Positions 22,751 to 36,900 of a DNA stretch of 64,000 nucleotides are shown in pieces. The first letter of the stretch is position 1. Each line of letters opens with the position of its first letter. The stretch covers positions 66,466,001 to 66,530,000 of the forward strand of contig NC_086108.1 in assembly GCF_963921235.1 (NCBI RefSeq). Reading direction: 5' to 3'. The DNA is from Mobula hypostoma. Taxonomy: Eukaryota. Made by a program: the position numbers and the translations under genes. A model generated the notes under the pieces. It did not search any database, was not told the DNA's origin, and saw only the letters and a program-made list of their open reading frames with translations.

Positions 22751-25435
22751 CACACATTAACAATTCCCCTTTCTCTTTCTTGACTATATATCTCTTCCCC
22801 AGGTGTGACAAAAGCTATTTAGGCTTTTTTTGCTCTAGAAATTGGATAAGGCAAACATGTAATCACTGAAAATCACTGAATTGAATTTCCTCTAACCAAC
22901 AATGCACCTTGTAATGGCTTAAGATAATATTTGAACCTCCTGTCCACTTTTATCCCATAAATTTAAATCATTTTGCATTTATGTAAAGAGAAAAAATGCA
23001 CTTAATGACTAGGTTATAAGCAAACCCTTTAACAACTGTTGGAATTCTGTTTTATGTGAGTTTATGAGTTCATTTTGATTCCCTCTGTAGCATTCATTTA
23101 TTAGATTATCTACAACTCCTGAGTTTGCAGGTTCCAGGATTTTCCTTTGTGGCTTCATCTGCATAATAACAATCTCATCTAGTGACCTCAGTGGTTACCT
23201 TGATTAGTGTGCACAGTGCTTGGTTGTCTAAACATTCAATTTTGCCCACTCCAATGAATAATCAGCAACAGCCTGTTTCATACTGGGTAATTGAGGATAA
23301 GCAGGTCAATTAAAGGACAGGAGGTCGAGTCTTTCATTTTGTCTGTATACCTTACTATACCACTGGCAGAATCCATTACTATTGGTGAATCTACTGTACT
23401 TTATTGTAGAAGGGGTTTAATATATTTGTCTATCTGCAGAGAAACATAAGAAGGAATTGACTTTACATATCATCTCAGAAAATGTAAGGAACTGCAAAAT
23501 GATTGAGAAAGTTGGTCCATACATAAAGCGTCAAAGTCCAAGAATATTGTAGTTAGTTTTACATGCAGTATTTTAAAATGGATATCCAAGTATCATCTAT
23601 AAGTCAATCAGGCAATATTTTAACTGCTTTATACAAAGTCTATGTGAGTTATGGATGCTTCTGCATAATTGAATATCAATCATTATTTTTATTGAAGAAA
23701 AATATTCAAACCAAGGCACCACGTACTTCAGGTACAAGGATGTTTGGGATCATGAGTGAGAGCGTGATGAAGAATACATACAAAAGAATTTGGTAAATGA
23801 TGATGTTCTTTATGAAAAGAGGAAGTTGAATATTTTGAATTGTTTGACAGGATTTACATTATGGTTTTTATTTAGACTTTATAATGAGTGAATTCCACCT
23901 GGGATGGGATATGTGTGTTATTCTTACTTTCACAAATTTGTATTATTTCCTTTAAATTTTGTATTTGTTATACAAAACCTACATGACAAATTGAAATCCC
24001 CAAAACTCACAAGTGGGATCATTAGCATGCAATATTATTATCTAACGTTGAGTAGCATTTGGAGTTTATTACCATAAGCCCATTGTCCATGCTCACTGAT
24101 CGGGGTCACCTCCCTCCCAAATTACCTCATATAAATCTGAAAAGCAGACCTGCTTTGCCAAACATTTCAAGAATTGGCTAATTAGGGCCTCAGAAGTGGA
24201 AAGGCCTCAATGCCTCTGACATTCTAAGGTACATAACATAGTGCTAAAAATTAAATAAAATCTTAAGTCCATATTAAGCCATTATAAATTACTTCAAATA
24301 GAAATAAAATTAAAAATAATTCTATGTAATTAAAAACGCTAAAGGAAAAAAAAAGGAAAAGAATTTGCCTTATTCCTCTGCTTCTACAATCTTACAAACT
24401 ATTGAAATCCATGAACTTGCAGAGCCTATAGTAATGAATTTAAAACATGCAGTCTGGCCATTAAATAACGGCTTTGCATCATTCACTGAAGTTTGTCGCT
24501 AGAAGATGATATCAAGAGCTTGTTTGTTGCTGATAATTAAATGTGAAGCTAAATGTCACTCTAGACAAGCTTATTATGAAGAGAGTTTTAATAAAATGTG
24601 TTATTAATCAGAAGTGTATTCCTTTGTGTGAGGTGCAAATACACATCAAAGATTTAGATGTCCTCATTGTTCAGCCAACAACTAACCCCTGACATCATCA
24701 TTACATTTGATGTCAAAAGGCTGCTAACAATCTCTCAAAAGCAGGTAATAGCTTCAGGTCACAACTTAGATCAGCAGCTGGATGTTCACTAATGCAGTGG
24801 ACTTTGACATAATTTAATCTGTAGCTAAACTACCACAGAAAGATCCACCAAAGATCCATAAAGATCCATACATGCAGAACTTCTCGATTTGTTGTAATTT
24901 TATAACATATTAATGTCCTAATTTATTCATAAGCAAAACACAAAAATATAAATGCTGAAGGAGAGGTGACTGTTTCCGAGTTTTTCTGAAAGTGTGGAGG
25001 AGCCTAGAATTTGTTGATTGCTGTCAATGTATCTTTGAAACTTATCCTATTGTTGGCCAGACTATTTATTCGTAACAATTATACATTATGGGATTTAATT
25101 ATACATGTAAAATTTTGTGTCTATTGCACATAGTAACCAGTGAACTATCAAATATACAATACGGATTCGTAGTATTGTTATTATACAGACAACAGACATT
25201 CAACCCATCCAAGTAGAGAAATACAAGTAGAATGGATGAGTGTGTGCCTACAAGGACTTACAGTACATTCACAAACCAAAAGCCATGGATGAACCAGGAG
25301 ATATGTCATCTGCTGAAAGCTGGAGCTGTGGCATTGAAGTCTGGTGACCCAGGCCTGTACTAGAAAAACAGATATGATTTGTAGAGGGCTATTTCAAGGG
25401 CAAAGAGACAATTTTGAATGAGGTTGGAGGCAGTG

Positions 25436-28400
25436 TGAGAGGGAGGATAGGCAAGTGAAAGAGAAGGGATGTGCTGAGACAGATGGTTTGAGATGTGTCT
25501 ATTTTAATGCAAGAAGCGTCATGAACTAAGCAGATGAGATTAGAGCATGAATCAGTACTTGGAGATATGATGTGGTGGTCATTACTGAAACTTGGATGGC
25601 TCAGAAGCAGGAATGGTTACTTAGAGTGCCAGGCTCACATGTTTCAGAAAAGTCAGGAAGGGGGGCAAAAGAGGCAGGGGCGTGGCATTGCTAATCAGAG
25701 ATAGTGTCACGGCTGCAGAAAAGAAGGAAGTCAGGGAGGGATCGTCTACTGAGTCTCTGTAGGTGCAAGTTTGAAACAGGAAGGGGTCAATAACTCTACC
25801 GAATCTTTTTTATAGACCACCCAATAGTAACAGGGACAGCGAGGAGCAGATAAGAAGACAGATTCTGGAAAGGTGTAATAATAACAGGGTTGCCTTAGTG
25901 GGAGATTTTAATTTCCCAAATATTGATTGGCATCTTCCTCGAGCAAGGGGTTTAGATGAGGTGGAGTTTGTTAAGTGTGTTCAGGAAGGATTCCTGACAC
26001 AATAGGTGGATAAGCCTACAAGAGGAGAGGCTGCACTTGAACTGGTATTGGGAAATGAACCTGGTCAGTTGTCAGATCTCTCAGTGGGAAAGCATTTTGG
26101 AGATAGTGATCACAATTCCATCTCCTTTGCCATAGCATTGGAGAGGGACAGGAACAGACAAGTTAGGAAAGCACTTAATTGGAGTAAGGGGAAATATGAG
26201 GCTAGCAGGCAAGAACTTGGAAGCATAAATTGGGAAATTTGTTCTCAGGGAAATGTATGGGAGAAATGTGGCAAATGTTCAGGGGATATTTGCGTGGAGT
26301 TCTACATAGGTACATTCCAATGAGACAGGAAAAGTACGGTAGGGTACAGCAACTGTGGTGTACAAAGGCTGTTGTAAATCTAGTCAAGAAGAAAAGAAGA
26401 GCTTACGAAAGGTTCAAAAAACTAGGTAATGATAGAGATCTAGAATATTATAAGGCTAGCAGGAAGGAGCTTAAGAAAGAAATTAGGAGAGCTAGATAGG
26501 GCCATGAGAAAGCCTTGGCGAGCTGGATTGAGGAAAATCCCAAGGCATTCTATAGGTATGCGAAGAGCAAGAGGATAAGACGTGAGAGAATAGGACCGAT
26601 CCAGTGTGACAGTGGAAAAGTGTGTAGGGATCCAAAGGAGATAGCAGGCATATTTAATGAACACTTTGCTTCAGTTTTCACTGCGGAAAAAGACCTTGGC
26701 GATTGTAGGGATAACTTACAGTAGATTGAAAAGCTTGATCATATAGATATTAAGAAAGAGGATATGCTGAAGCTTTTGGACCAGATGATATCTACCCCAG
26801 GCTACTGTGGGAGGTGAGGGAGGAGATTGCTGAGCCTCTGACAATGATCTTTGCATCATCAATGGGGACGGGAGAGGTTCTGGAGGATTAGAGAGTTGCA
26901 GATGTTGTTCCCTTATTCAAAAAAGGGAGTAGAGATAGCCCAGGAAATTATAGACTAGTGAGTCTTACTTCAGTGGTTGCTAAGTTGATGGAAAAGATCC
27001 TGAGAGGCAAGATTTATGAACATTTGGAGTGGAATTTATGAACATTATGTCAGCATGGCTTTGTTAAAGTCAGGTTGTGTCTTACGAGCCTGATTGAATT
27101 TTTTGAGGATGTGATTGAACACATTGATGAAGGTAGAGCAGTAGATGTAGTGTATATGGATTTCAGCAAGGCATTTGATAAGGTACCCCATGCAAGGCTT
27201 ACTGAGAAAGTAAGGAGGCATGAGATCCAAGGGGACCTTGCTTTGTGGATCCAGAAATGGCTTGCTCACAGAAGGCAAAGAGTGGTTGTAGGTAGGTCAT
27301 ATAATTCATGGAGGCCGGTGACCAGTGGTGTGCCTCAGGGATCTGTTCTGGGACCCCTACTCTTCATGATTTTTATAAATGACCTGGATGAGGAAGTGGA
27401 GAGATGGGTTAGTAAATTTGCTGATGTACTAAGGTTGGGGGTGCCCTGCATAGAGTTGAGGGCTGTCAGAGGTTACAGTGGGACTTCGATAGAATGCAAA
27501 ACTGGGCTGAGAAGTGGCAGATGGAGTTCAACCCAGATAAGTGTGAAGTGGTTCATTTTGGTAGGTCAAGTATGATGGCGGAATATAGTATTAATGGTAA
27601 AACTTTTGGCAGTGTGGAGGATCAGAGGGATATTGGGATCTGAGTCCATAGGACACTCAAAGCTGCTGTGCAGGTTGAATCTGTTGTTAAAAAGGCATAC
27701 GGTGCATTAGCCTTCATCAACCATGGGATTGAGTTTAAGAGCCGAGAGGTAATGTTGCAGCTATAGAGGGCCCTGGTCAGGCCCGCTTGGAGTACTGTGC
27801 TCAGTTCTGGTCACCTCACTACAGGAAGGATGTGGAAACTATAGAAAGGGTGCAGAGGATATTTAAAAGGATGCTGCCTGGATTGGGCGGCATGCCTTAT
27901 GAGAATATGTTGAGTGAACTTGGCCTTTTCTCCTTGGAGCAGTGGAGAATGAGAGGTGACCTGATACAGTTGTATAAGATAATGAGAGGCATTGATCGTG
28001 TGGATGGTCAGAGGATTTTTCCTAGGGCTGAAATGACTAAAACAAGAGGGCACAGTTTTCAGGTGCTTGCAAGTAGGTACAGAGGAGATGTCATAGAAAC
28101 CACAGAAAAACTACAACACAGAAACAGGCCTTTTGGCCCTTCTTGGCTATGCCAAACTATTTTCTGCCTAGTCCCACTGACCTGCACACGGACCATATCC
28201 CTCCATATACCTCCCATCCATGTATCTGTCCAATTTATTCTTAAATGTTAAAAAAGAACCTGCATTTACCACCTTGTCTGGCAGCTCACTCCATACTCCC
28301 ACTGCTCTCTGTGTGAAGAAGCCCCCCCTAATGTTCCCTTTAAACTTTTCCCCCCTCACCCTTAACCCACGTCCTCTGGTTTTTTTCTCCCCTTTCCTCA

Positions 28401-29695
28401 GTGGAAAAAGCCTGCTTGCATTCACTGTATCTATACCCATCATAATTTTATATACCTCTATCAAATCTCCCCTCATTCTTCTACGCTCCAGGGAATAAAG
28501 TCCTAACCTATTCAACCTTTCTCTGTAACTGAGTTTCTCAAGTCCTGGCAAAATCCTTGTAAACCTTCTCTGCACTCTTTCAACCTTATTAATATCCTTC
28601 CTGTAATCTGGTGACCAAAACTGAACCTAATACTCCAGATTCAGCCTCACCAATGCCTTATACAACTTCATCATAACATTCCAGCTCCTATACTCAATAC
28701 TTCGATTAATAAAGGCCAATGTACCAAAAGCTGTCTTTACGACCCTATCTACTTGTGATGCCACTTTTAGGGAATTTTGTATCTGTATTCCCAGATCCCT
28801 CTGTTCTACTGCACTCCTCAGTGCCTTACCATTTACCCTGTATGTTCTACCTTGGTTTGTCCTTCCAAAGAGCAACACCTCACACTTGTCTGAATTAAAC
28901 TCCATCTGCCATTTTTCAGCCCATTTTTCCAGCTGGTCCAAGTCCCTCTGCAGGCTCTGAAAACCTTCCTCACTGTCCACTACACCTCCAATCTTTGTAT
29001 CATCAGCAAATTTGCTGATCCAATTTACCACATTATCATCCAGATCATTGATACAGATGACAAATAACAACGGACCCAGCACTGATCCCTGTAGCACACC
29101 ACCAGTCACAGGCCTCCACTCTGAGAAGCAATCCTCTACTACCACTCTTTGGCTTATTCCATTGAGCCAATGTCTAATCCAATTTACCACCTCTCCATGT
29201 ATACCTAGTGACTGAATTTTCCTAACTAACCTCCCATGCGGGACCTTGTCAAAGGCCTTACTGAAGTCCATGTAGACAACATCCACTGCCTTCCCTTCAT
29301 CCACTTTCCTGGTAACCTCCTCGAAAAACTCCAATAGATTGGTCAAACATGACCTACCATGCACAAAGCCATGTTGACTCTCCCTAATAAGGCCCTGTCT
29401 ATCCAAATGCTTGTAGATTCTGTCTCTTAGTACTCCCTCCAATAACTTACCCACTACCGACGTCAGGGGTAAGATTTTTACTCAGAGAGTGGTGTGTGCA
29501 TGGAATGGGCTGCCAGCAACAGTGGTGGAGGCGGATATGATAGGGTCTTTTAAGGGACTCCTCGATAGGTACATGGAGCTTAGAAAAATAGAGGGTTATG
29601 GGTAACCTTAGGTAATTTCTAAGTAAGTACATGCTCAGCACAGCATTGTGGGCCGTAGGGCCCATATTGTGCTGTAGATTTTCTATGTTTCTATG
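25436..29695 (+). mobile_element. Near-complete CR1 ORF2 (APE endonuclease plus RT), disrupted and split by an antisense CR1
   Basis: LRCVYFNARS, ITETW, YRPPNS, GDFNFP, GDSDHN endonuclease motifs; RT ORF 27075..27575; resumes at about 29459 to a TTCTATGTTTCTATG tail. Confidence 0.92.
28093..29458 (-). mobile_element. Younger 5'-truncated CR1 inserted antisense into the previous CR1
   Basis: ORFs 28627..29454 and 28168..28575 on the minus strand (QHGFVHGRSCLTNL, FADDTKIGG, RGDLIEVYKIM). Confidence 0.95.
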
Positions 29696-30329
29696 ACTTT
29701 GGATGCACGGCAACTCTGACAGGGTCTGCAAGACATTACTTCCTACAAAGCGAAACCCAATAGCATGAATGGCAATGTTGCTTCACTACCAGATGAACTC
29801 AACACCTTCTATGCCCGCTTTGAAAGGGAGAACAGAACTACAGCTGTGAACATCCCTGCTGCACCTGATGACCCTGTGATCTATGTCTCAGAGGCCGATG
29901 ATAGGCTGTCTTTAAAGAGAGTGAACCCTTGCGAGGCTGAAGGTCCCGATGGAGTACCTGGTAAGGGTCTGAAAATCTGTGCCAACCAACTAGCGGGAGT
30001 ATTCAAGGTATTTTCAACCTCTCTCTGCCTCAGGCGAAAGATCCCACTTCCTTCAAAAAGGCAACAGTTATACCAGTGCCTAGGAAGAATAATGTGGGCT
30101 GCCTTAATGATTATCACTCGGTAGTACACACATTGACAGTGATGAAATGCTTTGAGAGGTTGGTCATGACTAGACCGAACTCCTGCCTCAGCAATGACCT
30201 GTTGACCCACTGCAATTTCCCAATCGCCACAATAGGTTAACGGCAGATGCAATCTCAGTGGCTCTCTACACGGCTTTTGACCACCTGGACAATACGATCA
30301 CCTATGTCAGGATGCTGTTCATCGACTAT

Positions 30330-30622
30330 GATGTTCGTGCATCGCCATCGTCGATGAAGACCTCGACACCATTGGTCACTTTGAGACTGTATGCGGTGTG
30401 TCCAAAGATAACTGGTCAGGCCAATTCGGGCACGAACAGTCCTGGCACATGGGTAAACATGTGTAGGTACTGCAGTTGTTGCACAGGTGGCTCTGGACTT
30501 GCACAGCTCGCACTTATGTTGTGCTTCAGCAATGTACCTTGCTTCGAAAGCTTGACAGCCCTTGTGGATAAGGCCGCGCCAGGTAGGGCAGTTTTGTGCC
30601 AGTATTTCCCTGGTGGTCGTCA
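30330..30622 (-). mobile_element. RTE LINE 3' end with 11-bp target site duplication
   Basis: ORF 30255..30626 contains [13 protein letters not shown]...[22 protein letters not shown] (degenerate C-terminal zinc finger). TCATCGACTAT at 30319-30329 and 30623-30633. Confidence 0.85.
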
Positions 30623-31814
30623 TCATCGACTATAGCTCAGCATTTAAGACCATTACTCCCGCAATCCTGATTGAGAAGTTGCAGAACCTGGGCCTCTGTA
30701 CCTTCCTCTGCCATTGGATCCTGGACTTCTTAAGCGGAAGACCACAATCTGTGTGAGCTGGTGAAAACATATCCTCCTCGCTGACGATCAATACTGGCAC
30801 ACCTCAGGGGTGTGTGCTTCGCCCACTGCTCTACTCTCTATATACACATGACTGTGTGGCTCAGCACAGCTCATTTGCTGATGATACAACCATTGTTGGT
30901 AGAATCTCAGATGGTGATGAGAGGGCGTACAGGAGTGAGATATGCCAACTAGTAGAGTGGTGCCACAGCAGCAACCTGGCACTCGACATCAGTAAGATGG
31001 AAGGGGTGATTGTGGACTTCAAGAAGGGTAAAACAAAGGAACACATACCAATCCTCATGGAGGGAATCAGAAGTGGAGAGAGTAAGCAGTTTCAAGTTCC
31101 TCGGTGTCAAGATCTCTGCAGATCTAACCTGGTCCCAACATATTGATGCAGTTATAAAGAAGGCAAGGCAGTGACTATACCTCATTAGGAGTTTGAAGAG
31201 ATCTGGCATGTCAACACATACACTCAAAAACTTCTATAGTTGTACCCTGGAGAGCATTCTGACAGGCTGCATCACTGTCTGGTATGGAGGGGTTACTGCA
31301 CAGGACTGAGAGAAGCTGCAGAGGGTTGTAAATCTAGTCAGCTCTATCGTGGGTATTAGCCTACAAAGTACCCAAGACATCTTCAAGGAGCGGTGTCTCA
31401 GAAAGGCAGCATTCATTATTAAGGACCTCCAGCACCCAGGGCATGCCCTTTTCTCACTGTTACCATCAGGTAGGTGACACAGAACCTGAAGGCACACACT
31501 CAACGATTCAGGAACAGCTTCTTCCCCTCTGCCATCCAATTACTAAATGGACATTGATTCCTTGGACACTACCTCACTTTTTTAAATATACAGTATTTCT
31601 TTTTTTTGCATGTTTTTAAAAAAAAATCTATTCAATATACATATTCTCTAATTGATTTACTTGTTTATATAGTATTTTTAAAATTTTACTTATTTTTTAT
31701 TCTCTCTCTGCTAGATTGTGTATTGCATTGAACTGCTGCTGCTGAGTTAACAAATTTCATGTCACATGCCAGTGATAATAAACCTGGTTCTGATTCTAAT
31801 TCTGATTCTGATAT

Positions 31815-32500
31815 CATCAATGCTATTCCATCAATCCTTCTCCATGGTCTTTCAGACTATTCTCTCTCAAATGCTTATCCAATTATTGGATCTGCTTCCA
31901 ACACTTCTGCAGGCAAAGAATTCCAGATTAGGACTACATTGTGCCTAACATGTTTCTCCTTACGTTCCCTTATTTCTTTTGTCTCAATGTTTTATTCAGT
32001 GCACCAGATCCCTGATAGGATACATGGAAGCAAACTGCTTCCCTCTATTTACCTCACCTACCTCTGCATGATTTAATGTATTAGCATCAAATATCCTTCT
32101 AAACTTGTTTTCTCCAAGGAGAACACTCCCAAATTCTTTCTATTAATATGGCTCATCCTGGGAATGATTATGGTAGATCTGCTCTGCATTCTTTGAGAAT
32201 GTTCTCATCCTTTCTAAGATTAATACGAGAATTGGTTAGAATATTCCATTTATGGTCTATCTTACTTCATGTCTATCATAACATTTTTTGATTTTAATTT
32301 TATTCCTCAATTAATGAACTTTAGAATTCAAAGTTCCCTTAAGATGTCCTGCTACTTACAAGGATTTAACAATATGCGTATCCATATTTTTCAGTTCCTG
32401 CACATCCAATTGGACAATATCAATGAATCTTTATTGTCTCCCTTTATTCTTTGTGCCAATGTGTATCATTTGACAATTTCTTGTATCATTAGTACATTGA
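31815..32500 (-). mobile_element. Very old CR1 3' remnant
   Basis: Reverse complement retains RKHVRHNVVLIWNSLPAEVLEA and MEYSNQFS-like traces. Confidence 0.45.
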
Positions 32501-32839
32501 ATGTCTTTATCTAACAGAGTACCCTTCAATTTACCAGGACCTAAAGGACAATAGTAAAATAAATTTCCTCTTCTCTTAACTTCCAGTATTGTTAAAGAGC
32601 TCCATCCTCGAATACGGACAGAGCCACTCTTCTATCTCTCCCAACAGTATCCCCTTCCTCCTATGCCCCTTTCATATGCAAACATAGAAAATCTATTTTC
32701 TCTTTTATCTCCCAACTTTAAAACGCATAGAGCCCCAAGCACTTCTTGTTGTGACAACAATCATCTGCACTTCTTTCTTTCTGGTATATTGTATAATCTG
32801 ACAATATAACAAAGTGGTCTTAAAGAGACAGTAAATAGT

Positions 32840-33080
32840 CATATTCATACTTTATCGATCCTAGGGGAAATTGACTTTCATTACAGTTGCACCATAAATA
32901 ATTAAATAGTAATAAAACTATAAATAGTTAAATAGTAATATATAAATAATGCCAGGAAATAAGTCCAGGACCAGCCTATTGGCTCAGGGTGTCTGACCCT
33001 CCAAGGGAGGAGTTGTAAAGTTTGATGGCCACAGGCAGGAATGACCTCCTATGATGCTCTGTGTTGCATCTTGGTGGATG
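32840..33080 (-). mobile_element. 3' end of another Rex-type LINE family
   Basis: Minus strand PPRCNTEHHRRSFLPVAIKLYNSS followed by an AT-rich UTR. Confidence 0.7.
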
Positions 33081-33879
33081 CTAGAAACAAGCAAAAAAAG
33101 AAATGGCTGGAAGAACTCAGCAGGCCAATTAGCATCTTTGAAGACAAAGGGATAATGCTGATTTAGGTCCAGATGCTGTATCATGTCTCATGCTTCCATC
33201 GTGATCTACTCTATATGGAGCCCAAATGTGGATTCAATTACTGTTTTGTGGAATATGCCTGGTGAACATAAGCATAATTCCAAGCAGCTACTAAACTGTC
33301 ATTTAAATCTCCACCCTACTCTACTTGCACATCACTGTTTTAGCATTGAAGATTATTCCAATAAATCTCAAATAACCTGGACAAGTAGGGCCTTGTATTT
33401 AGATGATAGACATTACTGGTTCCTGCACTGAACATTGAGTTCAAGGAAATGAGTAAAGTTGTTCAACATAAAGAAAAAAGCATCTTTTAAAGTTCAGTGC
33501 TGTAAGTCCAATGCAATTAATATGAAACCAATAAGTCTACTCAAAATGTGAAGTAAATAGGAAAAATTAAGTGCCCACATTATCCATGAAACTGAAATGA
33601 ATATGAAATAGAGCAGAAACATTTTCAGAAAATCATCATTAAGATCTTTAAAAGCACAATTTCTGAAATTAAATTCAACATTTAATAACATCACCAGCAG
33701 TAAGAAGTCTGGCAAACAAGTATGAAAATGATGAAATATGAAATGAAGAATACAGCTGTGAATGGGCAAGATTATTCTTACCACTCATCCCACAGAGGCA
33801 ACCTCTCAAACAAAGATATTTCGAGGAAAATCAATGACATTTTCATAAATTAGATGGGTCAGAGACAAGCTAATTAGGC

Positions 33880-36800
33880 TCAAAATCAATAATCCCTTAG
33901 GGAAAGGTAGTATTTGTACCAGACTGCTGAAAGACACAAGGGAAGTGATTTGCGAAGCACTGACAATCATTATTAGGGAGTATTGGACACTAGGGAGGTT
34001 CCAGATTAATGGAATCAGGCAAGTGTGGTGCCTTTTTTTGAAGGAGCAGCAAAACGGATACATTTAGATACAGGCCCATTAGTGCTTATTACTGCTCCAG
34101 GTAAAATAACAAAATCAATTATCTGAATGTATTTGATAATTACCTGTATAACTTTAACAAGCTAGTTAAAAGCAGACAATGTATTTCAGAAAGGTTTTGG
34201 GGCCAACAAGATGTAACGTGCTGAATAGATTGTAGGAAGCACAATAAAGTGATATGCTTTGATGTCAGAATACATTTGACAAAGTTACATGAAAAGAAGT
34301 TATTAATTAAACTCAAACTTCAGGAATTTGGGGTAAGTTCTTTCACAAATACATAAGAGTTTGAAATATAGAATGTAAACTATATTCTTTAGGGAAGTCA
34401 TATGAACATGTGGTAACCATTATGGAAAATATCTCCGAGCTTTGTATTGGAAACATTGTTACTAATTATAACATTAACCTGGATTTAGAAATTCAATGAA
34501 AAGTTTCTTTTTTTTCATTATGCAATGGAGTACAAAGAGGCCCTTCAAAATTGCTCAACAAACTATAAAGGTGGTGAGAACAATGACAGATGAAATTTAA
34601 GCAAGAAGAAACTGTATCATACTTGGGAAAGAAATATGTCTCCTCTGGGTTGCATTAAATTTAAATATATTGTGGCTTTATATTTCAGAAGTAGAGTATA
34701 AAACCCACCCACCCCTATGTATATGGCTTTAGTGTACATGAGGAACCCAGTAATGACATTAAGAAGAGAATGCAGATACCTGAGTTGACTGCGTAGCAGA
34801 GACTGGCTGTGCTGCTCTGTACAGGCAGATGTGCAAAGAGGATGGTTCACCTTGGCTTTTTCCTGAGATCCCCACATGTTAATTAAATCTATTCCACATT
34901 ATATTGAAAAAAAAAGGTTGAGAACACTTGCAAAGCAGTAACCAAGAAAATACCAGCTTTGAGCTAGCCAAGTGGTCTCAGGACTGTTGAACAGGCAATA
35001 TCATGCAATACCTAGGTGTATCCTGTCTAAAGGAAAATTAAGTGAACAAACCTGACTAACCACTCAATCAATTTACTCTCAATCATCAGCAAAGAGATGG
35101 ATAGCATCGTCAATGTGAAGCTTGACATTCTTACTAATCAGTGCACAGTATGGGATTTTCAAGCCTTATGATACTGTGATCCAAACATGGACCAATGTGC
35201 TGAATTCCAGGGGTGAGGTGAGAGCACACATGATAAAATCAAAAGTTAATAAACATAAAGGCTGAAGCCAGACAGATCTTGTACAAAGTTGCAATGGTTG
35301 TGGATAGTGGAAGCAAATCATCCCAGCTTCAGAATATTACTGCAGATGGTCCAACCAACTTCAGTAATTTCATCAATGATTTTCCTTACATTGCAGGATC
35401 AGAGATGGAGATAATTTGCTGATGATTTTGCAAAGTCTGCTCCCAGCAAATAAAGCATCGAAGTGTGCAAACAGCAAGGCTTAGGCAACATTTGGGATGG
35501 TAGATAAGGACCCAGTAATATTTTTACCACATGTGCTGGGCAATGTCTATCTCCAGTAAGAACCTAACCATCTTCCCTTCACATTTTAATGCCTTTACAT
35601 TACGGACTCCATGTTGGGAGTCACCATGGACCAGAAACTCGACTGTACCAGCCACATAAATGATGTGGCTACAAAAACAAGTCAGAGATTGGGTATCCTC
35701 CACTGAGTCACTCAAGTCTTGACACCCCAAAATTTTATTACCATCTATGAAGTACCAGTCAAAAATGGATTACTCCTGTATAGTGGGTAAGAAAAGTATG
35801 TTTTGGACTATGAGGGCGTAAAGACTGGAAAAGCATGGAAAATCAGATAAGACAAAACTTGGAAGCTTATATTTGACACCAAAAGCTACTACATAGGAAG
35901 ACAAAAATGATATATGGAAGGTGAAAGTGAAAATTAAAAAATAAGAAATGTTGGCAAGGGAAGTCAAGGAAAACCAAATATATTTCTGACTGAGTAAAGA
36001 ACAAGAAAGAAGATGAAGAAAAGTGTGGGGCCTATTAGGGACAAAAATGTAATGTGTATTTGGAAGCAGAAGATAGGGTTGAAATTTTAATGAGTTTTTG
36101 AAAAATGATCTTCACAAGATAGGGGGATGGTACTGATAAAGAGGTAACAGTGAATGAGTGGAATTAATATAAAATGCTGGATGGAATAAATGCTCTGAAG
36201 AGGATTTATTAAGCGATTTATCATTTTGACCATTGAAAAATGATCAGGCCCAAGTGAAATATAACTAAGGCTTTTAACTGAAGCAAAGGAGTCCACTGCA
36301 ACTACAAGTATTCATTCTCCCTTTATGGAAGTGATACCAGAGGATTAGAAATCTATTAATATTGTACCGTTGTTTAGAAAAAAAAGCAGACAGGAACTAA
36401 GTAATTACAGGTCAGTTGGTTGAATGTCAGTGGTTGGAAAATTATTGGAATACATTTAAAGGTTGAGTATATACTTCACTTCGAAAGGAACAAATTGATC
36501 TATGCCATTCTTCAGGGATGTATTGAAGGAAGGTTATTCTTGACCAAATTGATTGAGTTTCTTGAGGAAGCAACAATGAGAGTCAATGAAGAAAGCGGAT
36601 TTCAACAAGACTTCTGAGAATGTTCTGTAAGAAAAATATTTAGACCTAAGCATATGGGGGCATGATAAAATAGTTTGCAACTGATACAAAAATTGTCCTT
36701 GAGATTGTTATTGAAGTGGAATGTTTCTGACTGCAGGATGATGTAAAAGATAACAGTTATGTAGTAATGTATTTGGGAAACTGTAAGAAGACAAGCAAAT

Positions 36801-36900
36801 GCATAATAAATTGATGATATTAAGAAGTTAAAGGAACAGAGGAACATCAGATTGTTTATAAACAAATCGATTAGAGGTAGCAGGATAATCATTGGGTGAC
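33880..36900 (+). mobile_element. Cluster of ancient, heavily decayed CR1/L2-like fragments
   Basis: Traces of YRPIS (about 34068), FADD (about 35415), LGVTMDQKL (about 35613), VPLFRK...NYRSV (about 36363-36418) and LTKLIEFLEE (about 36539). Confidence 0.55.

Larger units (their letters stand above)
25231..31811 (+). mobile_element. Rex1/Babar LINE split into 25231-25432, 29696-30329 and 30623-31811 by nested insertions
   Basis: NQKPWMNQE in the left piece, continuing as DARQL*QGLQDITSYK, SLPDELNTFYARFE, GPDGVPG, RMLFIDY|SSAF, FADDTTIVG; (ATTCTG)n tail. Confidence 0.9.

Noticed and set aside
24838..24870. Triple AAAGATCCA repeat as a CRISPR-like array
   Set aside because: Only three 10-11 bp units with no spacers; simple slippage duplication.
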